NCBI RefSeq assembly: GCF_001186125.1
Contig: NW_014040173.1
Location: forward strand, 1 to 33,437
DNA length: 33,437 nucleotides
Source: Sphaeroforma arctica JP610
Lineage: Eukaryota
Reading direction: 5' to 3'
The notes under the pieces: model-generated
The model's database searches: none
Told to the model about the DNA's origin: nothing
What the model saw: only the letters and a program-made list of their open reading frames with translations
Shown: positions 21,610 through 33,437 of the stretch, piece after piece
Numbering within the stretch: the first letter of the stretch is position 1
How the letters are laid out: each line of letters starts with the position of its first letter
Program-made: the position numbers and the translations under genes

Positions 21610-21715
21610 AGCAGATATGATCGAAAATAATCACATGATGGTTACGATAAGGTGTATAAAATATATATTTTACAGTCAAAATGTACTAACATGAATTCAG
21701 TCATTAAATTACTAT

Positions 21716-21811
21716 TTTTATTGAGCTTTAAGCTAATAGCTTTTCACTGTCATACATCCAACATAAATACATAGACGCGGTACATGCCTCAGAATCTGCA
21801 TTCCGTAGAGA
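21716..21811 (-). pseudogene. Short hAT transposase core fragment
   Basis: LRNADSEACTASMYLCWMYDSEKLL resembles the hAT LR.VDSD.P.MG..Y..M segment. It has the same strand and the expected order between the BED and dimerisation parts. Confidence 0.45.
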
Positions 21812-22170
21812 TGTAGAAATACGGCCTCCGGTCAGTCTAAAATATCAAGATCAATTGAGATAATACATTGGTTTTTATTTGTATTTTAAATAATTTAATA
21901 CAAGCTCTTTTTCCAATATTTCCAAAGTGTTCTAAATTCACTTTGATGGCTCCAATAGCCTGAGTATTTGGTATGACTCATCTACTTGGACCTATTTGAG
22001 ACATTAGTAGATGTAGGATATTATAAACTAAATTTTATAATCTCCGAACTACTACTTATAGATTTTGGTCCTCCCGCCAATCTCCAAAATCCAATAAGTC
22101 TTTTTCTTTTCCTTTTTTTAACTTTTCTTCAGATGGAACTTTATTTATATCAGCTAATGTATTAACGTGA
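21812..22170. mobile_element. Second copy of the same LTR, truncated by the assembly gap
   Basis: The first 43 bp are identical to 19836-19878, and the copy is roughly 90% similar by eye up to the N-run at 22171-22190. Confidence 0.85.
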
Positions 22171-22190
22171 NNNNNNNNNNNNNNNNNNNN

Positions 22191-22365
22191 GTGCTTTGAC
22201 ATCTACAGGGGCAGTGCAGCGTTTTCCAGCCAGGTGATATCTCAATTGATTCACATTGGAGAAATTGAGTACTAATTTACAATAAATGCATTTGAATATT
22301 CCCTTGTCTCCATTGCGTGCAACAATGGAGTGTGTAGGCTTTACTGAATCAGCGACCCTTGGCAT
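22191..22365 (-). pseudogene. BED-type zinc finger, N-terminus of hAT transposase
   Basis: MPRVADSVK...FKCIYCKLVLNFSNVNQLRYHLAGKRC (Cx2C...HL...C); runs into the gap. Confidence 0.7.
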
Positions 22366-22551
22366 GGTGAATAGTACTTCAATATTCAAACTGTACTAAT
22401 ATCTTGTAAGGTACAGCTCATTTAAATATATACACGCTTACAGATGGTTCAGGTCAACGTTGAACCCCCTCGTATCTAAAACTAAAAGGCTAACCGCTAA
22501 AGCCATATTGATGTCCCGAGATAACCGTCTGTAATATTTCTTTGGCGGGTC

Positions 22552-22603
22552 ATTTAGTGTGGCGGGCTATTTAGTGTGGCGGGCTATTTAGTGTGGCGGG
22601 CTA
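22552..22603. repeat. Three perfect 17-bp tandem repeats (atttagtgtggcgggct); likely hAT subterminal repeats
   Basis: Units start at 22552, 22569 and 22586, with further ggcggg motifs at ~22544 and ~22641, all upstream of the BED ORF. Confidence 0.85.
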
Positions 22604-23977
22604 ATATTAATATACTTGACAACGCTCAACCGACGCGTTGGGCGGGCAATAGTTACGATATGTGGTTAGGACAAAACTCTGATTTGGACAATGCTCACAC
22701 AGCTTTAGGACTACGAATGTATACGAAAAAGTTCAACTTTTTACTTTTACTTTTTCATTTGAAAACGTTGCAACGTATTACGTGATGAGGTTAGCTGACA
22801 GTAATAAGTGAGTGTCATGTTGATTTAGTTAAGGTGGGCTATATATCCAATAGTCATTGGTGTAATGTTAAATGTTGACATTACGTACCTCTGATTGGTA
22901 TAGAAGAAAAAAAAGTTTAGCAATTTTGTAAATCTGTATTAAACCAACAGTTAAAAATATGTAGTAAACTATTCTATGTATTATACATGTTGAACACGTA
23001 GTAAACCAAAAAAAACATTGTCGGAAACCAGGTCAGAACTATTGACTCTTTAATTTTATAGAGAGTATGTCTGATATCAGTATTTTTTTAAATTTTTTTA
23101 TTGAGAGAGTCACTAACTCACTATACCTCTCGGCTCTCGCACTGCTCGTATTCCTCCATACAAACTCACAAAGGTTAAAAATGAACGATATTTGTGGCTA
23201 AAATTTTCTCAATTTCTACCTTCGTTTCTAATTTCCATCTAAGACCAATCGAATATCTTCAATATGTTTTGACTAGTCTTGATTCGCTTTTTATTTTCTC
23301 CGGATTGTGCAATTTCGATGACTTTGTGAATTGTGTATGTTGTCTGTAAAGATTTCCCCCAAATGAGTATTTACACCACAAGTCCATAACAGAAAAAAAA
23401 ATGGTATATCCAATTAAAGACCGAGCCGAAGTCTCCGAAACCACAAGAACATATTTTTATCTGCAGTTTGGGTTATGGATAATTTGAAGAAAAAAAGGAA
23501 ACAAATAAAATATAAATATAAATATAACCTCCCATGATAAATTTTAGGTTTCTTTTGAAACAATACATGCATTGCGCCTTGCGGTTTGCACTTTGCAGGC
23601 CAGCAGTATAGCAGCACTGACATATTTTTGATTTTGGCGTTTTCTACAGAGTACAGACTTCTGGAGAGTACTAATGAATGCCCTACCGTGAACAGTCTAC
23701 AGACCTCCAGGCTCCTGCATGCCAGAATTCTGAATTCCCCCAGGACCATTCCAAATACGAGTATTTCTTAGACGAAGGTATGTAGGATGAGTCCTTTATT
23801 CGCCTTCTGTGTATATATTTAGGTATTTAAATACTATTACTATCCGATACAGCCAGAAGTGAAATCACATTTCATTACATACGAGAAGTTGCAAGCCACC
23901 ACGAGCAAGAATCGGGTATCATGGTCAAACAACAACAACAACAACTTTTAGACACATAGTGGGTAAGGATTCTAAGT

Positions 23978-25294
23978 ATGCTCAGACCACAAAGCCCAAC
24001 GGATGAATTAATGCAATTGCCTATCCATACTACGAGGGTTCGTAGGAAGTACTCAGAGACAGAGCGCCCCTACAAATGCGAGGAGTGCGACCGGAGCTAT
24101 GCCTTTCAACAATCCAAAAAATTCGTATGTCGCCTGTCATTTTCGTTATCAACATTTAACTCTTCACGGCCGAAATTCCAGGCTAGGTAAATTCCCTCCA
24201 TGATACACTTTCTGTTTTGAATAGTGTGTTTGCTTATGTATTTGTTTTGCAACAACTTTTCCAAACAGCATAAGCGTACGAAGCACAGGGGTATAGAGTC
24301 CAACGCGGCCACTATATATGGAAAAATACCGATTCAGAATGTTCCTCTTTCGACGAGTAGTGTCGGAGCCAACTACAGATATGACTCGCGAGCGGTGTCG
24401 AAAACATGCGCCAATCGTCGGTCAGCAACAGTACCAAGCTCAGATCTTGGAAAGTTGAATATCACGAATGAGGCACACGAGAGGTTGAGTGGAAATATGA
24501 GTCATAGTACTCACGAAAATAAGTCACGCTCACGCCACCCACAACAGCCAAATGTACAAGGGAGGTTACCATACACACGCATGGAATCTAAGCAAGATAC
24601 TGCAAGATGTAACGCTATGCGCACCTCCAGCTTGATAGACTCAAACAGTAGTCTATCAGATTTTTCCTCACAGCTGCAAAGTACGTGTGGAATTGCTAAT
24701 CTGCCAGCTCGACTGCCATCACAGACTAATCGTGCTACCACGATAGCAACCTCGGGGTCTTCGGATTTGGATTGGTTATACCTCAGATGCTCAGGGGTAC
24801 CGAGCACGACTGACACAAACGTACCAGCATCATGGGCCATGGCAACACTGTCACCTACGAATTCCGCTGCACACTTGGCAGGGTATGGATCGGTCGATCC
24901 ATTGGAATTCCCAATCATAGGCCAAGTTGACAAAGCTGTAAGTCCTAATCTTCAATTCAGTCAGTTATTTGACACATTTGTAAATGAGCAGAATCAAAAA
25001 CAAGCGTCTGGAACCCACATGGTCAGCAATTGTGCGCAAACTCAAGGTGGAGTCAATGCACGGCGTCAGTATCCAACAGGTTATGTAAAAACTGCCAACT
25101 GGGTCAACACGGATAATTGTGATGGTAACGTATCAGATGGTAGCAATTCAACGCGCACGCAATCAACTTCGGATACACGTACAGTAGCTATGCAGGCTCC
25201 ATGTAGTAGACGAGATGCGAATAAGAAGTATGTCCGGGTTGCAGACATACCAAAATATAAATTCGGTCTCAAGCAACAATATGAGCCTCGGTGA
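23978..25294 (+). CDS. Single C2H2 zinc-finger protein with long S/T/N/Q-rich tail (exons 23978-24124, 24269-25294; start uncertain)
   Basis: A phase-0 intron GTATGT(24125)...AACAG(24268) joins ERPYKCEECDRSYAFQQSKKF to HKRTKH, giving Cx2Cx12Hx4H. Confidence 0.7.
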
Positions 25295-26549
25295 CAGTGA
25301 ACTAACCCAGAAAGCTTGCAGGTCAGGAGATGCAACGTACTTGAGTGCGCCATCGTCGCAACTCAGTTTAACTGATAGTCGGCATGCAAGTGCAGAGGAT
25401 ACAAAAATTGTACTTTAACTTCAATCAGTGCGTTTTTAATCTAGGACAACAATCCGCTCTGAATTTTGAACAGACAATGCAATAACTCTCGACCTATTAA
25501 ATTCGCTAGAGAATAAATTTGCACGCTGCTTCAATCTTATTCTGCTTGAGCGTTGTGCGATTATCTACTTTTCGGAACTGACCTCCAAGTCTCTCTGTGC
25601 AATTAGTATAATCAGGAACGTAGTCCTCGTGCAATGATAATCGAGATAGATTCCCATATTCAGTGAAGTTGCCACTCCCGCCCCTGTACAATATATCGAG
25701 TCGCTCGTTGCTTCCCTACCTTCTCTCTCTCTCCTCTGTTTCTTTTTCAATATATACAGCAGTAAATCAATATGTTATCTCGCCCACTGAGTGTCTTCCT
25801 GCTATCTTCGCAGTGAGATAACTCTATACAAGACGACATTGCTATATAAGAGACTTTCACTACATTCATGTATCGGATTCCCGCCTCGAGCACTTCAAAG
25901 AAACCACAGATTGAACTACGTATCGATGCCATCGGCTGAGTCCGGCAAGAAGACAGCAGCTAGTTCGTATACAAAATGTTTTAGGCAAGGTCGGTCTATA
26001 CTCTCCGTGTGTAGAGTGGAGTTAGCGTTATCATCTCGTCAGCAGCTCGACAACTGCGAGATTCGTTATCGTTTTCACGCGAACTGATTCGAATAATGTA
26101 GTTTGAACGGTAAAATATTTGTTTTTGAGGGTTACTAGTGCGCTTTCTGCCAAACTCTCGTCAATAGGCGCTTTGCATTCATGCAGGCCGTCCTGCTGTA
26201 GACTTTGTTCGCCTTGACTATAAGTACTTGCACCGCGGAAAATCTGTCCGGCAATGAAACAGTTGAAGCCCTCAAGTGCATATCTGCTACCGATAGGCTA
26301 CTAAGAGAGTACCATATATTCACAAGTGTCCAGAATTCAGAACGCACCGAGGTGTATTGCACCTGCAGGATTCCAGTGTGCGGACACAAATCAAGTTTCC
26401 AACGCACAATGTCGGTGTCACAGATACTCGGGTGGATCGCAGCTTATAACACTCGCAGTAGTTTGCGTGTTGGATAAGTTGAGCGCACATACTGACGCAA
26501 CTTCGTCGTCGATGGTACTTTATGATGGGTTACGGTTACATACTATGTA

Positions 26550-27430
26550 TCAAACAAATACACTAATGAACACGCTCTCGCCCAGGTTCAGTGTTGCATG
26601 CCACCAATCGTTAGGGATGTATAGAACCTCTCCGCGGCCCAGGACTGTGTGTGATGTGCGTGCGTGAGTGGATGAGCCCCCGGTGCATGAGTAAGGAGAG
26701 AAAAGGCCAATTGTAATACAAATAGGCAGCAGAGCTTTTGTCATCATGCAGCTCCGAGGTATGTATGTGTACGCACACACACACACTTCTGTACATAAAT
26801 TGATAGAGTAATAGAATGAAACGTCAATGTTGTGCATGTACCAGGATTGGTGAATAAAGACAGGCCTTTCACATACACATAGACTTGAACTTGTCCATTG
26901 ACAGGTAATCGTTCTGGCTGACTAAGAGATATTAGATGGTACAGACGACATCGTGCATAAATTTGTACGACACCAATACATTTATGATCCGTTAATGTTT
27001 TAGTATGACAAAAGAAAATTTGTACGTGAACAATAAGATATACTTAACACCTACAGCTTTGTAGTGGGTATGAGTCACAAAACTACCTTAAGAAATATAC
27101 ATTCACACAAATTACATCCTTAACTAGTAAATTGAGATAATTCCTGCACCTATCACCGAAATCAAACACTATCCTCGGAGATCCACCGAATAAACCCAAA
27201 CGCTGAAGCACACAGCGCGCACATATACACAGGAACATACGCAAGCACCCGCAACGCACACACGTACACGTACACCCACAAAAACAAACCCCCACACATG
27301 CGTGTTCACACAACCACACAGACGCACACAGAGACACGCACGTACCCATTCACAAAAACACAAAACACACGCACAAATACATACACGCAGAAACACACAC
27401 ACACATATTTATACACACACACACACACAT

Positions 27431-27461
<31 letters not shown>

Positions 27462-30400
27462 CATATCACTATATGAATATACACACATGCATACATACGT
27501 ACACACATACATATATATACAAATATATGCATATATATACATAAATATATACAAACACACACACACACATACACACAAATATATATATATACCAACAACA
27601 TTATATAAATAATATATATATATATATAGATATACGTAGATATATATANNNNNNNNNNNNNNNNNNNNNNNNNNNNNNNNNNNNNNNNNNNNNNNNNNNN
27701 NNNNNNNNNNNNNNNNNNNNNNNNNNNNNNNNNNNNNNNNNNNNNNNNNNNNNNNNNNNNNNNNNNNNNNNNNNNNNNNNNNNNNNNNNNNNNNNNNNNN
27801 NNNNNNNNNNNNNNNNNNNNNNNNNNNNNNNNNNNNNNNNNNNNNNNNNNNNNNNNNNNNNNNNNNNNNNNNNNNNNNNNNNNNNNNNNNNNNNNNNNNN
27901 NNNNNNNNNNNNNNNNNNNNNNNNNNNNNNNNNNNNNNNNNNNNNNNNNNNNNNNNNNNNNNNNNNNNNNNNNNNNNNNNNNNNNNNNNNNNNNNNNNNN
28001 NNNNNNNNNNNNNNNNNNNNNNNNNNNNNNNNNNNNNNNNNNNNNNNNNNNNNNNNNNNNNNNNNNNNNNNNNNNNNNNNNNNNNNNNNNNNNNNNNNNN
28101 NNNNNNNNNNNNNNNNNNNNNNNNNNNNNNNNNNNNNNNNNNNNNNNNNNNNNNNNNNNNNNNNNNNNNNNNNNNNNNNNNNNNNNNNNNNNNNNNNNNN
28201 NNNNNNNNNNNNNNNNNNNNNNNNNNNNNNNNNNNNNNNNNNNNNNNNNNNNNNNNNNNNNNNNNNNNNNNNNNNNNNNNNNNNNNNNNNNNNNNNNNNN
28301 NNNNNNNNNNNNNNNNNNNNNNNNNNNNNNNNNNNNNNNNNNNNNNNNNNNNNNNNNNNNNNNNNNNNNNNNNNNNNNNNNNNNNNNNNNNNNNNNNNNN
28401 NNNNNNNNNNNNNNNNNNNNNNNNNNNNNNNNNNNNNNNNNNNNNNNNNNNNNNNNNNNNNNNNNNNNNNNNNNNNNNNNNNNNNNNNNNNNNNNNNNNN
28501 NNNNNNNNNNNNNNNNNNNNNNNNNNNNNNNNNNNNNNNNNNNNNNNNNNNNNNNNNNNNNNNNNNNNNNNNNNNNNNNNNNNNNNNCACACACTCACAC
28601 ACACATACATACACCACACCACCCACCCACCCATATATACAGACAAACACAGACACAGACACAGACACAGACACAGACACAGACACAGACACAGACATAT
28701 ATATATACACATATATATATATAGTGGTCGTGAATACAATCTTCACGGCTAATCATCTACCTACCGCATTCCATGGGCAACTCATTTGCGGCCAGAGATT
28801 CGTAATTTTTTAGTGTCCAGAATTGAGAGGTTTGATTCGGATGTGACAGAGGTGGCTCGGGTGTTCCTTTCGGATAGAGATACCAGCGCTGCGGATCGGA
28901 GGAAAATAAAAAATTTCATAAACGTTAGAGTGATACATGTATTTTGATAGATCACAGCAATCAAAAGTTTACAGTGTATATCTCGAACAGTTCGAAGATT
29001 CTTACTCTACTTCTACTTGTAATCTGATAGCGTGGTGGGGTTGTTACTAATCGCGGGTAGTTCCAACCCAGCGAAATCGTGGTCTGCATCTAACAGGGTG
29101 CAGCTCATGCTGGCAACAATGCATTCCACGAAGAAATGCCGACTCCACATTAAACAAGTGCATATAAGGCTAAACACCGTACACATAGACAACAAGGAAA
29201 AAAATAGTCGTCGTTGCTCTTGTCACTGTAAGACTGTCGTGGGATTGTGCTACCGAAAAGCATTCTGTGCGTATACATTTGCATTGTCTCACTAACTAAA
29301 TTTGCAGCGATGATAGCATTCTACATTATGCGTATCTGACAATGCAATCTCTAGTCGCAGGCAAAGATCTATACTCAGATCACTTGAGCTGAGCAATTGA
29401 AACTTCAACTACTCTTAATGCTCAACTGCCCATGCAGCATCTCTGCGAGAATGGCACTGTGACTCTGAAGTAAACTTAATTATATATCTGTTTAATTATA
29501 ATACAAAAGTGCTCACCTTGTGACCATGTAGTATCTCCGCAAACACAGCACCGTGACGATGGAAAGGAACACCACTGCCGTCTCCGCCCATTCCAAAACT
29601 GATACTCCCGATTTCTGATTGGTCGAAAATTGGACAAAAGTCCAGTAATTATGGAAGTAGAATTCTAAGTGATGTGTATAATGACGCAAATGACGATTTC
29701 AAAAAATCTCACTATATAGGTCAGGTCATGGTAGGAGCTACCATTCCTTCGTGTGAATGCTTAAGATATCCGAAGGCTCAGACACATACATCCGCACACG
29801 TGCACATACGCAAACTGACACAGGGCACCACACACTGTCCATCCGAACAAACAAACGCAAACACACACCCATATATTAAAACGTATTGATACGTATGGCT
29901 TATGTATAACAATACATGCACACTCACATACGCCTATGCATTTATACATGTGCGTACACCCATACACGCATGCAGAACACAGAACAAGATATATTTCCGT
30001 GCGAAAGCATATTATTCCTCGTAGACTTGTATCGTGATGGTCGTGCACAACCGATGTTCAGATTATACATATACACACAGATGAACACATGCACAGATAC
30101 ATATAGATGCACGCACAGATCGACACACGCATTTGATACACTCCATATGCAAGTACAACAATTAAAACGCATACCAAGAAGTGATTTATAATGCTTACCA
30201 TCTGAGTTTAAGTAAGGGGGTCGGTTGTATTTGGTCAAGAATTCGGTCCAGCCCTCGTAGTAATTGTCTCCAAACTGCGTTTAAACGAAAACAGGATGCT
30301 TGATTTCTAGTAGAATACGGATGGCAAGAAGCATACAGAGTTTGATACTTTCTCACTGCTTTCTGAAATATCTTGGACAAGACCTGGTAAAAACAATCTC

Positions 30401-31933
30401 GCCAACCACTGACTAGAAAAAAGAATAAGCAAATGATTATGTAGATAAATATATATGAATTCACTTGCTTTAAATTTTGGTATATAGACGCACCTTTGAG
30501 TAAAAAAATGCAAGAAAATGCATCCACAAGTATATCTAAACGTATGAAACCTATATACAAATCTCAAATTGTAAATGAAAATGAATAAACCATTTGCACA
30601 AATGTACACATATACGAAGAGACTAGATTAAATATTTGTCTGCCTTAAATGAACTGTCGATATACGAATAACGAATGCACTGGAAATTGGAGCTTCAGCT
30701 TCAAGTTAAAACAACGGAATATGTTTACGCAGCTTTTCAAATAGATATGTAGGGTCGGAAACACACTGTCGTACGAGTAGAGACATAGATGCAATGACAT
30801 ACCATATACATGATGCTGTCCGCAGACATATCTAGTGATTGAGGTTTCATATTATTGTTGATGTACATCTCCAGTACCGAATTCCGTTTCTCATATCTGT
30901 GCGCACGTGTGCATAGTTTACCGCGCAAGATAATTGATTTCCAGTCTGTAGACACACCTTTTTGACGCTTGTGAATTTAAACATAAAAGCACTTCGAAAA
31001 CACACACATAACAGCGCAGCCATTCTTCGTGCCCCTATGAACACTTCAAGGGCCAAAAAAATCATGAGTACCCAACGGCGCTCACAAATCCGTCCACTGC
31101 TTAATCACACCTCGCAACTCCAATACAGGAGACAGAAACAACACGATAAAATCACACTCATCACTCCATAGATACCAAACTGACTGATAGCAGACATGGA
31201 TAAGTTCATGAGTCTTGTACTGTTATTCGGTAACTAGTAGCATCCATGGTTATCGCTATGCACGGCTTGATGTCCAATATAAATGTAGTAATGTTAGCTG
31301 GAAACCTTCGCACGAAACTACGATTCACGAAGCGTATATTCTTGGATATATGTCTTCTATATGAGAATTTTTAGAGTGAACGAAACACATTTGTATGACT
31401 GTCAAGATACAATTGGCATTCCCGACCACCCACAAGTTGCTTGATCCAATATGGATGATACCTACTCATGTTATCACAATAAGAACAGAACAAGAACACT
31501 TTTAACCCATAAAAACGCGAAGAAGTACTTTCTGACCCTTATTGAATAACATCAAACAGTCGACGGCTATGTGAAACATAACATAATCAATGGCCATCTA
31601 TAAACCTCTATATGTACTCGAATGCGATGTAAACAGTCACATTCGTTCATAACATTAATTCCAATTTACTTGTGGGCGACTGTATAGCCTAAGCCAGCAT
31701 TTTTTTCGACCATGTTAACACTGTAAACCAACAAAGCAAGCAAACACTTACGAGTGAGCATTAGCAGAGCTGAGCACGATGGCGGCTTGGCCCATACCCT
31801 TCAGCAACGCGCTCTTGGTTGTCATGGCAACAAATTCGGTGTTCACACTCGATCGAGAGATAATCACTGGCTGCTCTGGACCGACATACAGAGATTGAAA
31901 GCGCTCTGGAGTGATATTCTCCTCTCGCGGTAT
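26550..31933 (-). CDS. JMJD8: JmjC domain protein, JMJD8-like; exons 31752-31933, 30803-30896, 30199-30274, 29517-29614, 28765-28888, 26550-26644; 5' exons unresolved
   Basis: Phase-compatible GT-AG joins give IPREENITPERFQSLY..PVII..IVLSSANAHSYEKR..IMYMFGDNYYEGW..YNRPPY..SFGMGGDGSGVPFHRHGAVFAEILHGHKRWYLYP..PMECVLGRGEVLYIPNDWWHATLNLGESVFISVFV*. Confidence 0.9.
27200..28722. repeat. (AC)n/(AT)n/(ACACAG)n microsatellite tracts flanking an assembly gap (27649-28588), within the last JMJD8-like intron
   Basis: Seen directly in the sequence. Confidence 0.9.
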
Positions 31934-32105
31934 CTGTGGAATATATTAATGTACGTCAGTTTACCTAATAGTTATATATGAAGGCCTCAGTACATTTGAT
32001 TGCGGTTACAGGTTAGCTTCAAGAAAAACACCGACACCGGTTGGGTTCAATTTTGAAGACAATGATATTGTATATGGTTTGCCCAAATGAATTTAATCAT
32101 CACGA

Positions 32106-32183
32106 AACACAGTTTGAATTAAAATATACCAAAGAGAAGCAACCGTAACACAGTTTGAATTAAAATATACCAAAGAGAAGCAA
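32106..32183. repeat. Perfect 37-bp direct duplication, period 41 bp
   Basis: aacacagtttgaattaaaatataccaaagagaagcaa at 32106-32142 and 32147-32183. Confidence 0.9.
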
Positions 32184-33143
32184 ACATTGCTCCAGAAAAT
32201 GTAGTTCTACACGCACGTGAGTGATGCTACATAGTTATCCACATTAATGCATATGAATTGTTCCGAACAATATTGCACGACTACTTCCTGAAGAATATTT
32301 GAAGTCGAATTGTGCACGGATCGGGAAAATCTGCATGCAGGTGTATTAGGAGGTTTGTGCCCCGATGTTGATGGATATACTGGATGTAAGCCTCCTCCAC
32401 GGATGACAATAGTAAACGTGCGCTCAAATTGAACTTGGCAACGATGCTCTTACCACATACAAGCAAGAATTGATGCATGATAGCGTATGTCAATGATCTG
32501 ATGTGTGCATTCAGACGGATAAATATATTTCTCTCTCACACTGGATTTTGAGAGGCATCGAAATGCATATTGCAGGTGCACATAGGATCGCTCTTTATTA
32601 TTTATCATTGGTATGCACGTGGGCGCCATTCGTGCTAGCGGGTACAATCATTGTCGGCATATATAGAGAAAGTAATTACTCACAATTGCGAGCTTTAAAC
32701 ATACTCGATAGTTCATCAACATAATTACATGTGAGTTTATATAATACACAGGACCCTGCCAACCTAGAAGTACGCATCGTCTACAATATCGCCACTGTAG
32801 GTACTCAATACCCCTTTACATTTCGCAAATCGTGTATACTTGAGAATATGTGTGCATAGACCTGCCAGTACACTGCATTGTAGCACAACTAGCTTGCGCG
32901 CTATCAAGTGCGCAAATTTTCAGCCGTCAGAGCTTGTGTTTCTGCATTGATGCGTGCTTAGGCGTATCATTCTTCTATACCTCGGCAACACGTAGCTTGT
33001 GAGCATATACATGGGTAAGCGCGTACATCACATTAGCATGACAAGCACGTTATTGATCCGTGAAAACATTAACGAGAGTTCAATATGTATATCATTTTGA
33101 ATACAACAAAATAACTCGTGCTAGAATACGGTTGTTGTTTACC

Positions 33144-33252
33144 AGGAAAACCATATTTCGAAAATGAGAGATCCCTCAGAAAATTTATGGCACTACACTC
33201 TGACGATACAAATACAAGAGCCAAAAAACCTACGCAGTATACTTGTCCTGTA
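33144..33252 (-). CDS. Candidate upstream exon of the JMJD8-like gene (signal-peptide-like)
   Basis: GQVYCVGFLALVFVSSECSAINFL..YGFP lies between a cag acceptor and a gtaaac donor. The link to the downstream exons is not demonstrated. Confidence 0.3.
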
Positions 33253-33326
33253 CAGGTACAAGCATACATAATACACACCTGAGGGCAGGAATGGCAGCTG
33301 CATGTGGTACATAGACATACACGCAT

Positions 33327-33437
33327 CTATATATATATATATATATATATATGTAAATGTACATGATATTGATGTGCCAATATACATACATACACATACA
33401 CACACAAATACACACAAACACACACAACATATATATA
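33327..33437. repeat. (AT)n/(AC)n microsatellite
   Basis: Seen directly in the sequence. Confidence 0.85.

Larger units (their letters stand above)
16876..21713. mobile_element. ISL2EU/PHIS-type DNA transposon with TIRs, AT TSD and two convergent genes (nuclease-SWIM and DDE transposase)
   Basis: Left TIR AGTAATTTAGTAACTGAATT (16876-16895). The right TIR at 21694-21713 reads AGTAATTTAATGACTGAATT on the minus strand (18/20). AT lies on both flanks (16874-16875, 21714-21715), and hAT coding remnants lie outside both ends. Confidence 0.85.

Noticed and set aside
19836..22170. The two LTR copies as 5' and 3' LTRs of one element
   Set aside because: The first copy has its own TSD on both sides, and the enclosed DNA is transposase plus TIR plus hAT sequence, not gag-pol.
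25791..26667. Several overlapping 90-110 aa ORFs between the two host genes
   Set aside because: No recognisable motifs or splice-consistent model; probably UTR or intergenic sequence.
27083..28746. Cys/Val/His/Thr-rich ORFs
   Set aside because: Translations of (AC)n/(AT)n microsatellites and the gap inside a JMJD8-like intron.

Overview
Intron-rich eukaryotic genomic window with three assembly gaps. The first ~23 kb is a nest of decayed transposons. (i) A frameshifted orphan gene lies at 46-1541. (ii) A minus-strand Ty3/Gypsy chromovirus-like retroelement (~3841-9306) has the order gag-PR-RT-RNaseH-[Dam-like N6-adenine methyltransferase, NPPW]-integrase-chromodomain. (iii) A degenerate XPG/EXO1-type nuclease-SWIM gene lies at 9606-11508. 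(iv) A minus-strand hAT relic (BED finger ... dimerisation domain) contains an ISL2EU/PHIS-type DNA transposon at 16876-21713, with 20-bp TIRs and an AT target duplication. Its second gene encodes an XPG/EXO1-type nuclease + SAP-like + SWIM instead of the usual YqaJ exonuclease, and its transposase is itself interrupted by a solo LTR with a 4-bp TSD. The last ~10 kb holds host genes: a spliced single-C2H2 zinc-finger gene (+) and a multi-exon JMJD8-like JmjC gene (-). The best novelty candidates are the ISL2EU-like transposons carrying a FEN/XPG-family nuclease (two divergent copies of the gene) and the Gypsy element carrying an adenine methyltransferase. All domain calls are by-eye motif recognition; no searches were run.
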